64,000 bases of DNA. It comes from Octopus vulgaris (taxonomy: Eukaryota). Below the pieces are notes generated by a model. The model made no database searches, was not told the origin of the DNA, and was given only the letters and a program-made list of their open reading frames with translations. The stretch covers positions 35,216,001 to 35,280,000 of the forward strand of contig OX597814.1 in NCBI GenBank assembly GCA_951406725.2. The letters are read 5' to 3'. Shown in pieces: positions 39,546-50,693 of the stretch; the stretch's first letter is position 1; each line of letters begins with the position of its first letter. The translations under genes and the position numbers were made by a program.

Positions 39546-39785
39546 GGGTGTGTGTGTGTGTGTGTCTGTGTGTGTGCGTGCGTGTGTGTGCGTGTGTTTG
39601 TGTGTTCGTTTATGTTTGTGTGTCTGTGTGTGTATGTGCTCGTCCGTGTGTGTGTGTGTGTGTGTCTGTGTGTGTGCGTGCGTGTGTGTGCGTGTGTGTG
39701 CGTGTGTTTGTGTGTTCGTTTATGTTTGTGTGTCTGTGTGTGTATGTGCTCGTCCGTGTGTGTGTGTTATGTGTGTGTGTGTGAG
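39499..39785. repeat. (GT)-rich array with a duplicated ~100-110-bp higher-order unit
   Basis: TTCGTTTATGTTTGTGTGTCTG...GTATGTGCTCGTCCG occurs twice. Confidence 0.88.
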
Positions 39786-39799
39786 ACGAAACGATTTTT

Positions 39800-40410
39800 T
39801 GGTAAGAGAATTACTTATCTAGGTGGTAAGATTCATAGCGGCATTAGTTGCGAGTCTGAGGTCCTAAAAAGACTCGGACGAGCTGGTGTAGTCGTGTACT
39901 CATTGAACAAGGGTGGTTAATGCTCTCCGATATCTGTCCGGGAGGACAAAGTTTAGGGTCTTTAGGTTTCTAGTCCTCCCTCTCCTGATTTATGTTTCTA
40001 AAACTTAGGTACCGTACGGAACCCTTAAAAGTTGTCTGAAAACCTTTGGTATCAGGACGCTTCGCAGGCTTGTGGGTTACCATTGGTCGGATTTCGTATC
40101 CAACCAGTTTAACTGCTCAGGAACTGGGATACATCCTGTTACTTGTGAGATTCAGAAGCGCCAGCTCATTGCTTGGCCATGTTGTACAATTTTTCTACTT
40201 AGACCCTGCTTACTATCTTCTGTTTACTGACACGTGTTGGTCGACCACATGGCACTTGGTTAATGGCAGATGAGAGATTATCTTGCAGAGATGAAGACTG
40301 ACTTGGACTCTGGTCAACGCGTCGCCCAGGAGGACCCAGGTATATACAGACAAATGGTGAATACAGCAACGCACTGCAACGGTACATGCCTTAACACCTG
40401 ATCTGACATA
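39800..40410 (+). mobile_element. RTE-clade LINE 3' fragment
   Basis: ITYLGGKI...EVLKRLGRA..SLNK...TKFRVFRFLVLPLLIY...LLGHV; ends in ACCTGATCTGA, a short-repeat-like tail. Confidence 0.72.
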
Positions 40411-41657
40411 ATTCAATTGTATTGATAAGCTGGGCTCATATCTTACCCTGACTGAATATTCCCTTCAGCCAAATGGAATCAAGAAAATATTTACCAACAA
40501 TATTCATGAGTAAATGCAATTAGCATAACACTTTCCTTGCATACACTTCCATAGCATGCTGTGCAAAGTAATATGTATTTGCTACATACAAAGTCATGGA
40601 CTATTAGCAAGATCTAATTTCACAACAGAACAGCTTCCACTCTCAACTATCCTAATTTAATATAAATTACATCATTATTAATTGCGGAAAGCACAATCAT
40701 CACGCTATTATTTTACCTCTTTCTCTATGAAACTGAATTTCTAGAGGGATCTCTAAACATACTGACAGATTCTGAACTCCCATTAGTAAACTCTTTTATT
40801 TGGAGTTCCATTTAGTTCCTGTTACTTTGGTTCATTTTTCTTCTACTTCAATTTTAAAAATTTTATATTTTAAAATAATTAATTAATAAAATAATTAATT
40901 TAGTTCATTTAATATTTATCATGTGTCTGGTACTCCCAAAAATCAATAATTATTCAGCAATCATGTTTACCCATTCCGCATACATAGCTCAATGTATCTC
41001 TCCATGAAATCGCCACTGAACGAATGTTTCTATCAAGAGAGCTGGTCTCCTGTAACATGCACCAGTTGAGAACTTTGATGAAGTATTATTGTTGAATACT
41101 ATGCCAAGGAAGACCTTGACTATAGCTATCATGAGAACTTTCTTTGCTTTCATAAATTGACATTAAATGTCTCAAAAGTATTTAATCTGACAGTCAATCA
41201 TCTCAGACTGCACCAGTATAAGGTGACGATGGAGCTCTCATCAACAATTACTCTGGCGTATCCTAGCAATAGCTAATATATCCCATATTGAGTTTTCTGT
41301 ACATGAAAACTAACGAGTTGTCCAACCAATAAAACACACTCCTATACAGATAGTACCATTCTTTCAGCTTCCTTCACCATCTAGGCATAGATATTGTTCA
41401 ATCCTATCACCTCAAGTCAGATATACATTATAAATATTAAGCTTCATAATTTCTAATTATCTCTCAAGGAAACACCTACTTATATTGTAGAACAATGTTG
41501 AATCAAAAAAGCGATAGATTCATTAGAGTTAGGAGTTACTTCAGTACATACTAATCAACTGTAAAGCTAAGGTAAGGCTCATATCAGTATATCGTACTGA
41601 TATATATGGAAGGACATTGTTTCGAAAAAGAAGCTTATCGGCAGAGTGACAAATATT

Positions 41658-42053
41658 CTTTTCTACTCTAGGCACAAGGCTTGAAATTTTGGGGAGGGGC
41701 TAGTCGATTACATCGACCCCTGTACGCAACTGGTACTTAATTTATCGACTCCGAAAGGATGAAAAGCAAAGTCGAACTCGGCGGAATTTGAACTCAGAAC
41801 GTAAAGATAGACGAAATACCTATTTCTTTACTACTCACAAGGGGCTAAACACAGAGGGGACAAACAAGGACAGACAAACAGATTAAGTCGATTATATCGA
41901 CCCCAGTGTGTAACTGGTACTTAATTTATCGACCCCGAAAGGATGAAAGGCAAAGTCGACCTCGGCGGAATTTGAACTCAGAGCGTAACGGCAGACGAAA
42001 AACCGCAAAGCATTTCGCCCGGCGTGCTAACGTTTCTGCCAGCTCGCCGCCTT
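41658..42053 (-). mobile_element. SINE family C, internally duplicated (dimeric) form
   Basis: The body segment occurs twice in tandem, as in 49301-49709. Confidence 0.9.
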
Positions 42054-43057
42054 CGGATTAACAAATACTGACTTTCCAGTACGTTTCATTCAATAGGTCT
42101 CGAGTGTAATGCGTTTTCTCTGTATCTTTACTGCTTCTACTGAAACAGTACCACCCCTTTGCATAAGCAAGCTGCATACCCCACAGCTGTATATTCTATC
42201 ATCCACAGTCCTATGGCTTTCATCTCCCAAATCCACATTAACACTTCTGCCAACTTTTCCTCCATTCTCTATAAACCGAAATACACGTCCCTGATTTTCC
42301 TTTAGACACCGATTGTGTATTTACTTAAAATTTGAACATTAACAGCGTCAACATCGCTCGTGTATGAGGGGATTCAATGGTCACACACACTTTTAATTGA
42401 GTTTGAAGTTAGAAGCGTGGTTTATTACTATGAGCCATTTTGATGGTTACTTATATAACAATATGGCAAGAAATGCTACAAAAGAAGAGAAATCTCTACC
42501 AAATCATGCAAGAAAGCGTCTTAAAATAAAGCGTCTCTTTGCTCAATATAGTTTATGGCCTAAGAAAAATATAGGAGTCACGACAGCAACGCATTTTATC
42601 ACACGTCTGCTCGACGAAGCATATCCTGCAGTTTAAGAGCATTAAACAATAAACCTCGACACAGTCCATCGACCGACAGACTACAATTACAATCCAAAGA
42701 TCAATGAAACTGTGACCTACCTAATATTAGGGAATGTAGGCTCTGGTATGCGAAAAAAAAGTGGGTATTCATGGCTGAAGATATTAATGATAGAAAAGCT
42801 CATTTGAAGGCTGATCTAAGTCTAAAAAATAGCTATTAATGTTTAACAGAGAAATTTGCACTCCAGTAATTCACGACAAGTCATGTCTCATTTACCATGT
42901 CAGAGCTATTTCGTAAATTGCCCCTTGTTCATATGGTATGATACATAGTAAATAACCACTAAATATAACCGAAGGCCAATGTCACTGATAAAACGCATAC
43001 GTTCAATATATTGTGCTACAGCTCCTATGTATGTATGTATGTATGTATGTATGTATG

Positions 43058-43088
<31 letters not shown>

Positions 43089-43117
43089 TGTATGTATGTA
43101 TGTATGTATGTATGTAT

Positions 43118-43403
43118 TTGCAGATTTCTATGTTTTATGTATGTATTCTCATGCATATAGTTGCAGATTTAGACATGCTCACATATATTTAAATGATAAA
43201 CTTCTGGAAAGTTTTAGAGATTTTTACAGCTCCAGTGATGGATTGAAGCTGTAGACTTCGAATTAGCTTTCTCCTTTCTGGCTTTGAGAAGTCTACTTCC
43301 TCAAGATTGGTATTTAGGCAGTGTGTTACATATTCCAGGGCTTGCATGTTATTGGGGTCTTCACTGGCACATTCCACCAATACTTCTCTTTATTATGAAT
43401 GGC
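43118..43403 (-). mobile_element. 3' end of an RLE retrotransposon (related to 31960-32692) embedded in (TATG)n
   Basis: IHNKEKYWWNVPVKTPITCK is joined directly to LEYVTHCLNTNLEE..RKLIRSLQLQSITGAVKISKTFQKFII*, so the catalytic PD core is deleted. The 3' UTR runs into (TACA)n, and (TATG)n lies on both sides. Confidence 0.78.
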
Positions 43404-43507
43404 TATGTATGTATGTATGTATTTATGTATGTATGCATGTATGTGTGTGTGTATGCACAGAGATGAATATATATGTACACAGACACACAAAAACACACAC
43501 ACACATC

Positions 43508-43557
<50 letters not shown>

Positions 43558-43736
43558 GACATATATATTTTATTTTTATTTTATTTTATCTAGTTTCAGC
43601 TTACGAGCTGTGGCCATGCTGGGGCACCGCCATTTGATATATATATATGCAAACACTTATAAATATTTCGTATTTGGATTTGGTTTGCAAGATTCTTTAT
43701 ATGAGTTCGTGTGTTGAAGCATATTCTATTGTGCCT

Positions 43737-43944
43737 GGGGAGAGTCATTTTCTTTTTGTGCCTTATAATATAACATACTCACCAGTAGAAAAGAACGCAG
43801 TGTAAAAAACAGACAGAGTCAAGACTGTTGAAAAGGTTGCAAGACGCAACGAACATTTTAGAAAAAAGAAAATAAGAAATACGTGGAAATTTTACCGGTC
43901 AGTGTGTTACATTATAAGACACAAAAAGAAAATGACTCTCCCCC
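43737..43944. repeat. Inverted repeat, ~55-bp arms
   Basis: GGGGAGAGTCATTTTCTTTTTGTG.CTTATAAT.TAACA / TGTTACATTATAAGACACAAAAAGAAAATGACTCTCCCC. Confidence 0.88.
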
Positions 43945-44049
43945 ATACACAACACAACGCATAAATATGTTATATATTATATATATATATATACGTTTAT
44001 ATATTCGCTTTGCAAGATTTTTGATGTGAATTCGTGTGTTGAAACAGAT

Positions 44050-44263
44050 ATTGTTGTACTTGGGGACGGTCACGTTGCCAGTTTAGCCAATGGAAACTCA
44101 CGCACTATATAGTTGGTGTTCACTTGCTTCAGTTTTATTTTACATTAATTGTATTGCGTTGTATTGTAATATAAAATAAAGCTGAAGCAAGTGAACACCA
44201 ATATATAGTGCGTGTGTTTTCATTGGCTAAACTGGCAACATGACCATCCCCAAAAACAACAAT
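44050..44263. repeat. Long palindrome, ~97-bp arms, ~20-nt spacer
   Basis: TTGCCAGTTTAGCCAATG...GGTGTTCACTTGCTTCAG / CTGAAGCAAGTGAACACC...CATTGGCTAAACTGGCAA. Confidence 0.92.
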
Positions 44264-44280
44264 GTATACATACATGATAC

Positions 44281-44313
<33 letters not shown>

Positions 44314-44581
44314 ATTTAATAATAAGAGTAAATATTTACTGGTAGAATTCGGTATGTAAATATAGCCGATTACCGGCAGGAACTTCTGTAAAGTTCAGTA
44401 TATATATTGTATATAAGAAAAAGGGACAAGCAACAGGTTGCTTGACCGCATACCGAAAAAATAGAAATAGCAGTCAAGAATGCTTATTTCTATCAAAGTG
44501 GGACTCCGAGCACGACAAACCCTGTAATTCACATATGCAAAACAGAAGGAATAGATAACGAAAACGAAGTCTGGTGGTTAT

Positions 44582-44695
44582 CTGTGAACATCATGTTTCT
44601 GGATTATAAACATATTGAATATATATTTCATATATATTTTTTTATATATATTTCATATACATTGCATATATATTTCACATCCTTCTTCAGCACAG
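44582..44695 (-). ncRNA. Putative type-I hammerhead ribozyme (inverted copy)
   Basis: Same motif on the minus strand, with stem II GGAT/ATCC. Confidence 0.7.
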
Positions 44696-45574
44696 CTTTC
44701 CTTGAAATAGATTTATCATAGATTTATCAAATGCTACGTACCTCAAACCTTCTGACCATGCGACATCAAAATATTTGAAGAAAGTGAGCAAAAGCTAAAC
44801 CTACATAGACGTTTGAATTCGTAAATCTTCCCTCCAAAATTTTGCCATGCGCACTACAAAAATAGTTCCATATGAGTAGGAACCATTTGGTTGTCGTAAG
44901 GGAGTGAAAAATCCAATTAGTAATTTAATAATAAGAGTAAATAAGATGTGAAATATATATGCAATGTATATGAAATATATATAAAAAAATATATATGAAA
45001 TATATATTCAATATGTTTATAATCCAGAAACATGATGTTCACAGATAACCACCAGACTTCGTTTTCGTTATCTATTCCTTCTGTTTTGCATATGTGAATT
45101 ACAGGGTTTGTCGTGCTCGGAGTCCCACTTTGATAGAAATAAGCATTCTTGACTGCTATTTCTATTTTTTCGGTATGCGGTCAAGCAACCTGTTGCTTGT
45201 CCCTTTTTCTTATATACAATATATATACTGAACTTTACAGAAGTTCCTGCCGGTAATCGGCTATATTTACATACCGAATTCTACCAGTAAATAATTGTGG
45301 TTTTTTAAAAAAACCTTTATAGAAATTATTTACTCTTATTATTAAATTACTAATTGGATTTTTCACTCCCTTACGACAACCAAATGGTTCCTACTCATAT
45401 GGAACTATTTTTGTAGTGCGCATGGCAAAATTTTGGAGGGAAGATTTACGAATTCAAACGTCTATGTAGGTTTAGCTTTTGCTCACTTTCTTCAAATATT
45501 TTGATGTCGCATGGTCAGAAGGTTTGAGGTACGTAGCATTTGATAAATCTATGATAAATCTATTTCAAGGAAAG

Positions 45575-45688
45575 CTGTGCTGAAGAAGGGTGTGAAATAT
45601 ATATGCAATGTATATGAAATATATATCAAAAAATATATATGAAATATATATTCAATATGTTTATAATCCAGAAACATGATGTTCACAG
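45575..45688 (+). ncRNA. Putative type-I hammerhead ribozyme
   Basis: Stem I CTGTG/CACAG; core CTGAAGA; stem II GGGT..ATCC; GAAA; stem III ACA-TGA-TGT; cleavage triplet GTT (after 45683). Confidence 0.7.
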
Positions 45689-45862
45689 ATAACCACCAGA
45701 CTTCGTTTTCGTTATCTATTCCTTCTGTTTTGCATATGTGAATTACAGGGTTTGTCGTGCTCGGAGTCCCACTTTGATAGAAATAAGCATTCTTGACTGC
45801 TATTTCTATTTTTTCGGTATGCGGTCAAGCAACCTGTTGCTTGTCCCTTTTTCTTATATACA

Positions 45863-45902
<40 letters not shown>

Positions 45903-45909
45903 ATAGTGA

Positions 45910-46240
45910 AGGCGTATGGCTCAGTGGTTAGAGCGTCAAGATTACGATCGTGAGGTTGTGAGTTCGATTCCCAGACCGGGCTGCGTGTTGCGTTCTTGAG
46001 CAAGACACTTCATTTCACGTTGCTTCAGTTCACTCAGCTATAGAAAAGAGTTGTGACGTTACTGGTGTCAAGCTGTATGGGCCTTTGCTTTTCCCTTGGA
46101 TAACATCGGTGGCGGGAAGAGGGGAGGTTGGTATGCATGGGCGACTGCTGGTCTTCCATAAACGACCTTGCCCAGACTTGTGCCTCGGAGATTAACTTTC
46201 TAGGTGCAATCCCATGGTCGTTCATGACCGAAGGGAGTCC
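45910..46240 (+). mobile_element. tRNA-derived SINE family D, full length (3' fragment also at 24550-24678 on minus)
   Basis: A box TGGCTCAGTGG and B box GTTCGATTCC. The 3' part matches the reverse complement of 24550-24678. Confidence 0.88.
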
Positions 46241-47147
46241 CCAATATATATATATGTATAATTTGCCCGCTTTTCTATTTGCAATTCTGAAGATTCTTAT
46301 TCAACATTTACTATAAGGATTAACCTGAATGATACATGGGAAGAAATCAATAGTTTCATGCATTACATTATATTGCAAGATTAAAGGGATTGAATTAAGA
46401 TGAAACTGTTGTAAATTGAAAGAACAAAATGGCTTGCTCATTTCCTTCTTGTTAACCATTATGTATGCATATGTGTAGGTATATATGTTTATATGCATTA
46501 GTTATGGGATGCAATAAAATTGAGGCACATAAACATGTAGCTCTCTAGAAATGGTTACGGACAATAACAGGATTCACTGTGAAGTAAAACAATCATGAAG
46601 TTATCAGGTATTAGCAAGATACTGTAGATATGTAAGCACAAAATCCAATTTAAATTGTAGATCCGATTCAGGGTTGGTGCGGATTAGGTATAAAAAAAAA
46701 CATACACACATTTTTATACTTCATACAAGTTACCTAACAGGCTTCGAATACTACTATTTATCTCTTACATTTTAGCTTTCTCTTTATCCATATTCTGTAA
46801 CGTTAAATATACTTCTCTCATTTAAATATTATTTAAATCTCTAAATATCATTTAAATTATATGTCACAATATGTCATAGGCCTCCTGGCTCCACATTCTC
46901 ATTGGATTTGTTTGTAACCTTTATATTAAATAACTAGTAAAATATTTGATAAGCTAGAGTATGACCTCCTAACTACCTGTCATTCGTCTACACATTGTTA
47001 TGTCTTGTATATATTTCTTTATATAATGTTTTTTGTTTTATATCCTTATATTTTATATAAGTATGTTTGTTGGGCTGCATGCGTGTGAATGTATATGTAT
47101 ACGTGTATATGTATGCGCACTCACACGCATGTATATGTGGATGTATA

Positions 47148-47183
<36 letters not shown>

Positions 47184-48349
47184 TGTATGTATGTATGTAT
47201 GTATGTATGTATGTATGTATGAATGTATATATATGAGTATATATATGTGCGTGTGTGTGTGTACCTGTATATGGGTATATGTAGATGTATATATTTGTAT
47301 ATGTATCTACGTATATATACATGTATGTATATGTTTATGTATTTTTATGTGCATATGTGTGTATATAAATCTGTAAGTATTTATGCATACATGTATATTT
47401 GTATGTGTGTATATGAATATATATATATGTGTGAGTGTGTGTACCCGCGTGAAAAAATGATGGCAGTTTTTCTTACTTTCTGCTGGCCTTACGTTTGCTT
47501 TCTTTTATTTCACTTAACCAACAAGATATCAGCCTCACGTTAATAACCTTCAGGATATCTCATGGCTACATTATGTCTGTAATTCTCGTGCGTTCTCATA
47601 GCTTGCGTTGGTTATAAAGTAACTTAAATAATATCGTCGTTTGATTCCTTTTCTTCTCAATTGCTCCTTACTGCCATTCCTACTAATTTTTCTATATATT
47701 CAAATGTTATTTTCAAAATACCACATATCCAACAATTTTGATTGGATACGTCAGAACAAGGTATTATACCAACTGTTTGTTACCTGTTTGAAATTTTACC
47801 CGACGAAGGTGGATTATTTGTTATGACTGTCGAAAGAGTTGTAAATTTCAAACCCATGCGTGTCTCGTTTCATATGGATATATTATATATGTGTATGTGT
47901 GTGTGTGTGGGGGGATAAAATAAATGAAAAATGTATGGTAAATAAACAAACGACATAACGTATACAACCAGACGTGAGACAGACACAAAAGGTTCCTAAT
48001 TCTTCATCAGTTTTCCAACCAATTGGTGCGTACCAGTAATGATAAGACTATGGCCTCTCGTATTGGTGGTGCCCACAAATATTTTTTTGCGGAGAATTCA
48101 GGGTCGAGAGCAAACAAAACAAAGCAAAACAACACAAGTGTGATGTAGGACGGTGGACAATTGCGAACAGACGAGCAAAATACTGTGTTAGGGCCAGGAA
48201 GACAAAAATAGTGGTAACAATTAGAAGATATCCTAAAGGATAGAGAACGGAGAGATAGAGAATTTGTGACTGGTCAGCTACAGGACCAGTGTGAGAAAGG
48301 GAGAAAGCTGGCCGCGGTTCACGCCACAACAGCAGGCAGAATCTTTTCC

Positions 48350-48477
48350 CTTGTACTTGTTTTAGTCATGTGACTGCGGCCATTGCTGGTACACAATCTT
48401 GAATGATTTTAGTCAAACAAATAGGTACTAGGACTTATTTTGTTTTTAAGCCTAGTACTTATTCTATCGGTATCTTA

Positions 48478-48513
<36 letters not shown>

Positions 48514-48722
48514 TGTATGTATGTATGTATGTATGTATAGACACACACACACACACATAAACACACTTACGTGCGCACGCACAAACATATCAGGCGCAGG
48601 CGTGGCTGTGTAGGCGTACACGTGACTCTCTGGTAAGAAGTTTGCTCCTCAACCACATGGTTCTGAGTTCAACCCCACTGCGTGGTACCATTGGCCAGTG
48701 TGCTTTCTACTATAGCCTCGGG
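48350..48722. mobile_element. Two SINE family A fragments (3' piece on minus 48350-48475; 5' piece on plus 48593-48722)
   Basis: Match to the family A tail and head respectively, separated by (TATG)n/(CA)n. Confidence 0.75.
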
Positions 48723-49272
48723 GATGAAGTAGATGATGTTGGAGATGATAAACGTTGTAGTAGTAGTAGTAGTTATTGCAAGGTAACAGTAAACATTTGA
48801 ATATCACAATACACTCATATTAATCATTGTAATAAGATATTCTCTCCACATTGTATCTTCGCTGACAATTAATTATTGTAAGTTCCTCGCAGTGTCTTTC
48901 TGATGACAGAATGAATTATTACTTACTATATACCAACTGCGTAGAAGCATATAACTTAATGTTTAGAGTGTTGAGCTCATGATCGTGAGATTGTGGTTTC
49001 GAATCTTGGACTGGGTAACGCGTTGTCTTTTCAAGAAAAATAATTCCTTCCATGTTGCTGCAGTCTACGCAGCTGTTAAAAATGAGTAATCCTACGACAG
49101 AGCGGCATCATGTCCAGGGATGAATATATATATATGGCCAGAGAAACCGAGAAACCGGCCTTATGATCATTATGAAGTAATATCGACTAACCATAAACAA
49201 GCTCCATTGTACGTTATGATTCACAGAGCTGAATTTAGTATGTATTTTGAATTTAGGATGTCATAAATAATA

Positions 49273-50068
49273 GGTCCAGGCGAAATTGTGTGGTAAGAAG
49301 CGGTGAACTGGCAGAAACGTTAGCACGCCGGGCAAAAAGCGTAGCCGTATTTCGTCTGAGTTCGTCTGAGTTCAAATTCCGCCGAAGTCAACTTTGCCTT
49401 TCATCCCTTCGGGGTCGATTAAATAAGTGCCAGTTACGCACTGGGGTCGATGTAATCGACTTAATCCATTTGTCTGTCCTTTTTTTGTCCCATTTGTGTT
49501 TAACCCCTTGTGGGTAGTAAAGAAATAGGTATTTCGTCTGTCTTTACGTTCTGAGTTCAAATTCCGTCGAGGTCGAATTTGCCTTTTATCCTTTCGGAGT
49601 CGATAAATTAAGTAACAGTTACGCATTGGGGTCGATGTAATCGACTTAATCCATTTGTCTGTCTTTGTTTGTCCCCTCTATGTTTAATCCCTTGTGGACA
49701 ATAAAGAAATAAGAAGCTTGCTTCTCAACTACATAGTTCCAAGTTCAATCTCGCTGCGTGGCACCTAGGGCAAGTGTCTTCTATCATAGCCTCGGGCCGA
49801 CCAAATCCTTGTGAATTGATTTTGGTAGACGGAAACTGAGAGAAGCTCATCATATGTATGTATATATTTATGTATATGTGTTTCTGTCTGTGATTGTTCT
49901 CCAACATCGCTTGACAACCGATGTTGGTGTGTTTACGTCCATTTAACTTAGCAGTTCGGCAGAAGAGACCGATACAATAAGCACCAGGCTTACAACGAAT
50001 AAATGCAGGGGTCGGTTTCTTCGACTAAAAGGTGGTGCTCCAGCATGGCTAAAACAAGTAAAAGAATA
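49273..50068 (+). mobile_element. SINE family A whose head is split by a family C insertion (49301-49709)
   Basis: TGTGTGGTAAGAAG|...|TAAGAAGCTTGCTTCTCAAC continues the family A head. Confidence 0.85.
49301..49709 (+). mobile_element. SINE family C, dimeric form, nested in a family A SINE
   Basis: TSD TAAGAAG(C) at 49294 and 49710. Confidence 0.9.
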
Positions 50069-50644
50069 CCATAAAGAATAACGTATAAAGAATAACAATG
50101 ATAATCGTCGTCCTCATAACCATGATAATCATCGTTCCTGTTACTGCTCTTGTCATCATTATCATCATTATCATCATCTTCATCATCATTATCATTATGG
50201 TCATCCTCATCACCATCTTTTTTCATAACCAGGATCTAAAACTATTACGCGTTTTGAACTTAAAATATAGAAATTTTGTAAAATCAAAACTGCTTCATAA
50301 GGAATAACTGCAGGGTACATGATACCAAGTTTTAAATCTGCTCCTGTAAAATCCTCTGCAGTATTTTAATATATATCTCTATGTGGATTTAGTTAATTGA
50401 CATGTTTACTCTCGCTTTTACCTGCCTCATCTTTGTTGTAGGTTATATCGGACTAAAACTAAGAATGCAGTTCCTATTCTGAAAATGTTTTAACATTTAC
50501 ATACATACATACGTACGTACGTACTTATGTATGTACGTATGTATGTATGTATGTATGTATGTATGTATGTATGTATGTATGTATGTATGTTAGTATGTAT
50601 GATGTACGTATATACACACACATATATATATATATATATATATC

Positions 50645-50693
<49 letters not shown>

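Larger units (their letters stand above)
44312..45870. repeat. 644-bp unit in partial tandem (44945-45870) plus an inverted copy (44312-44944), between (TA)n tracts
   Basis: TGTGAAATATATATGC recurs at 44947 and 45591 (period 644). 44333-44681 is the reverse complement of 44945-45293, and 44682-44944 of 45326-45588. Only isolated substitutions seen. Confidence 0.95.

Noticed and set aside
44312-45870. Repeat/spacer structure considered as a CRISPR-like array or a DNA transposon with TIRs
   Set aside because: Eukaryotic context, units of hundreds of bp, no unique spacers. The tandem-plus-inverted geometry does not fit a single TIR pair.
45910-45985. tRNA-like sequences with A/B boxes (also 5900-5973, 33590-33665)
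   Set aside because: They continue directly into repeated SINE bodies, with no proper acceptor stem or poly-T terminator, so they are not tRNA genes.
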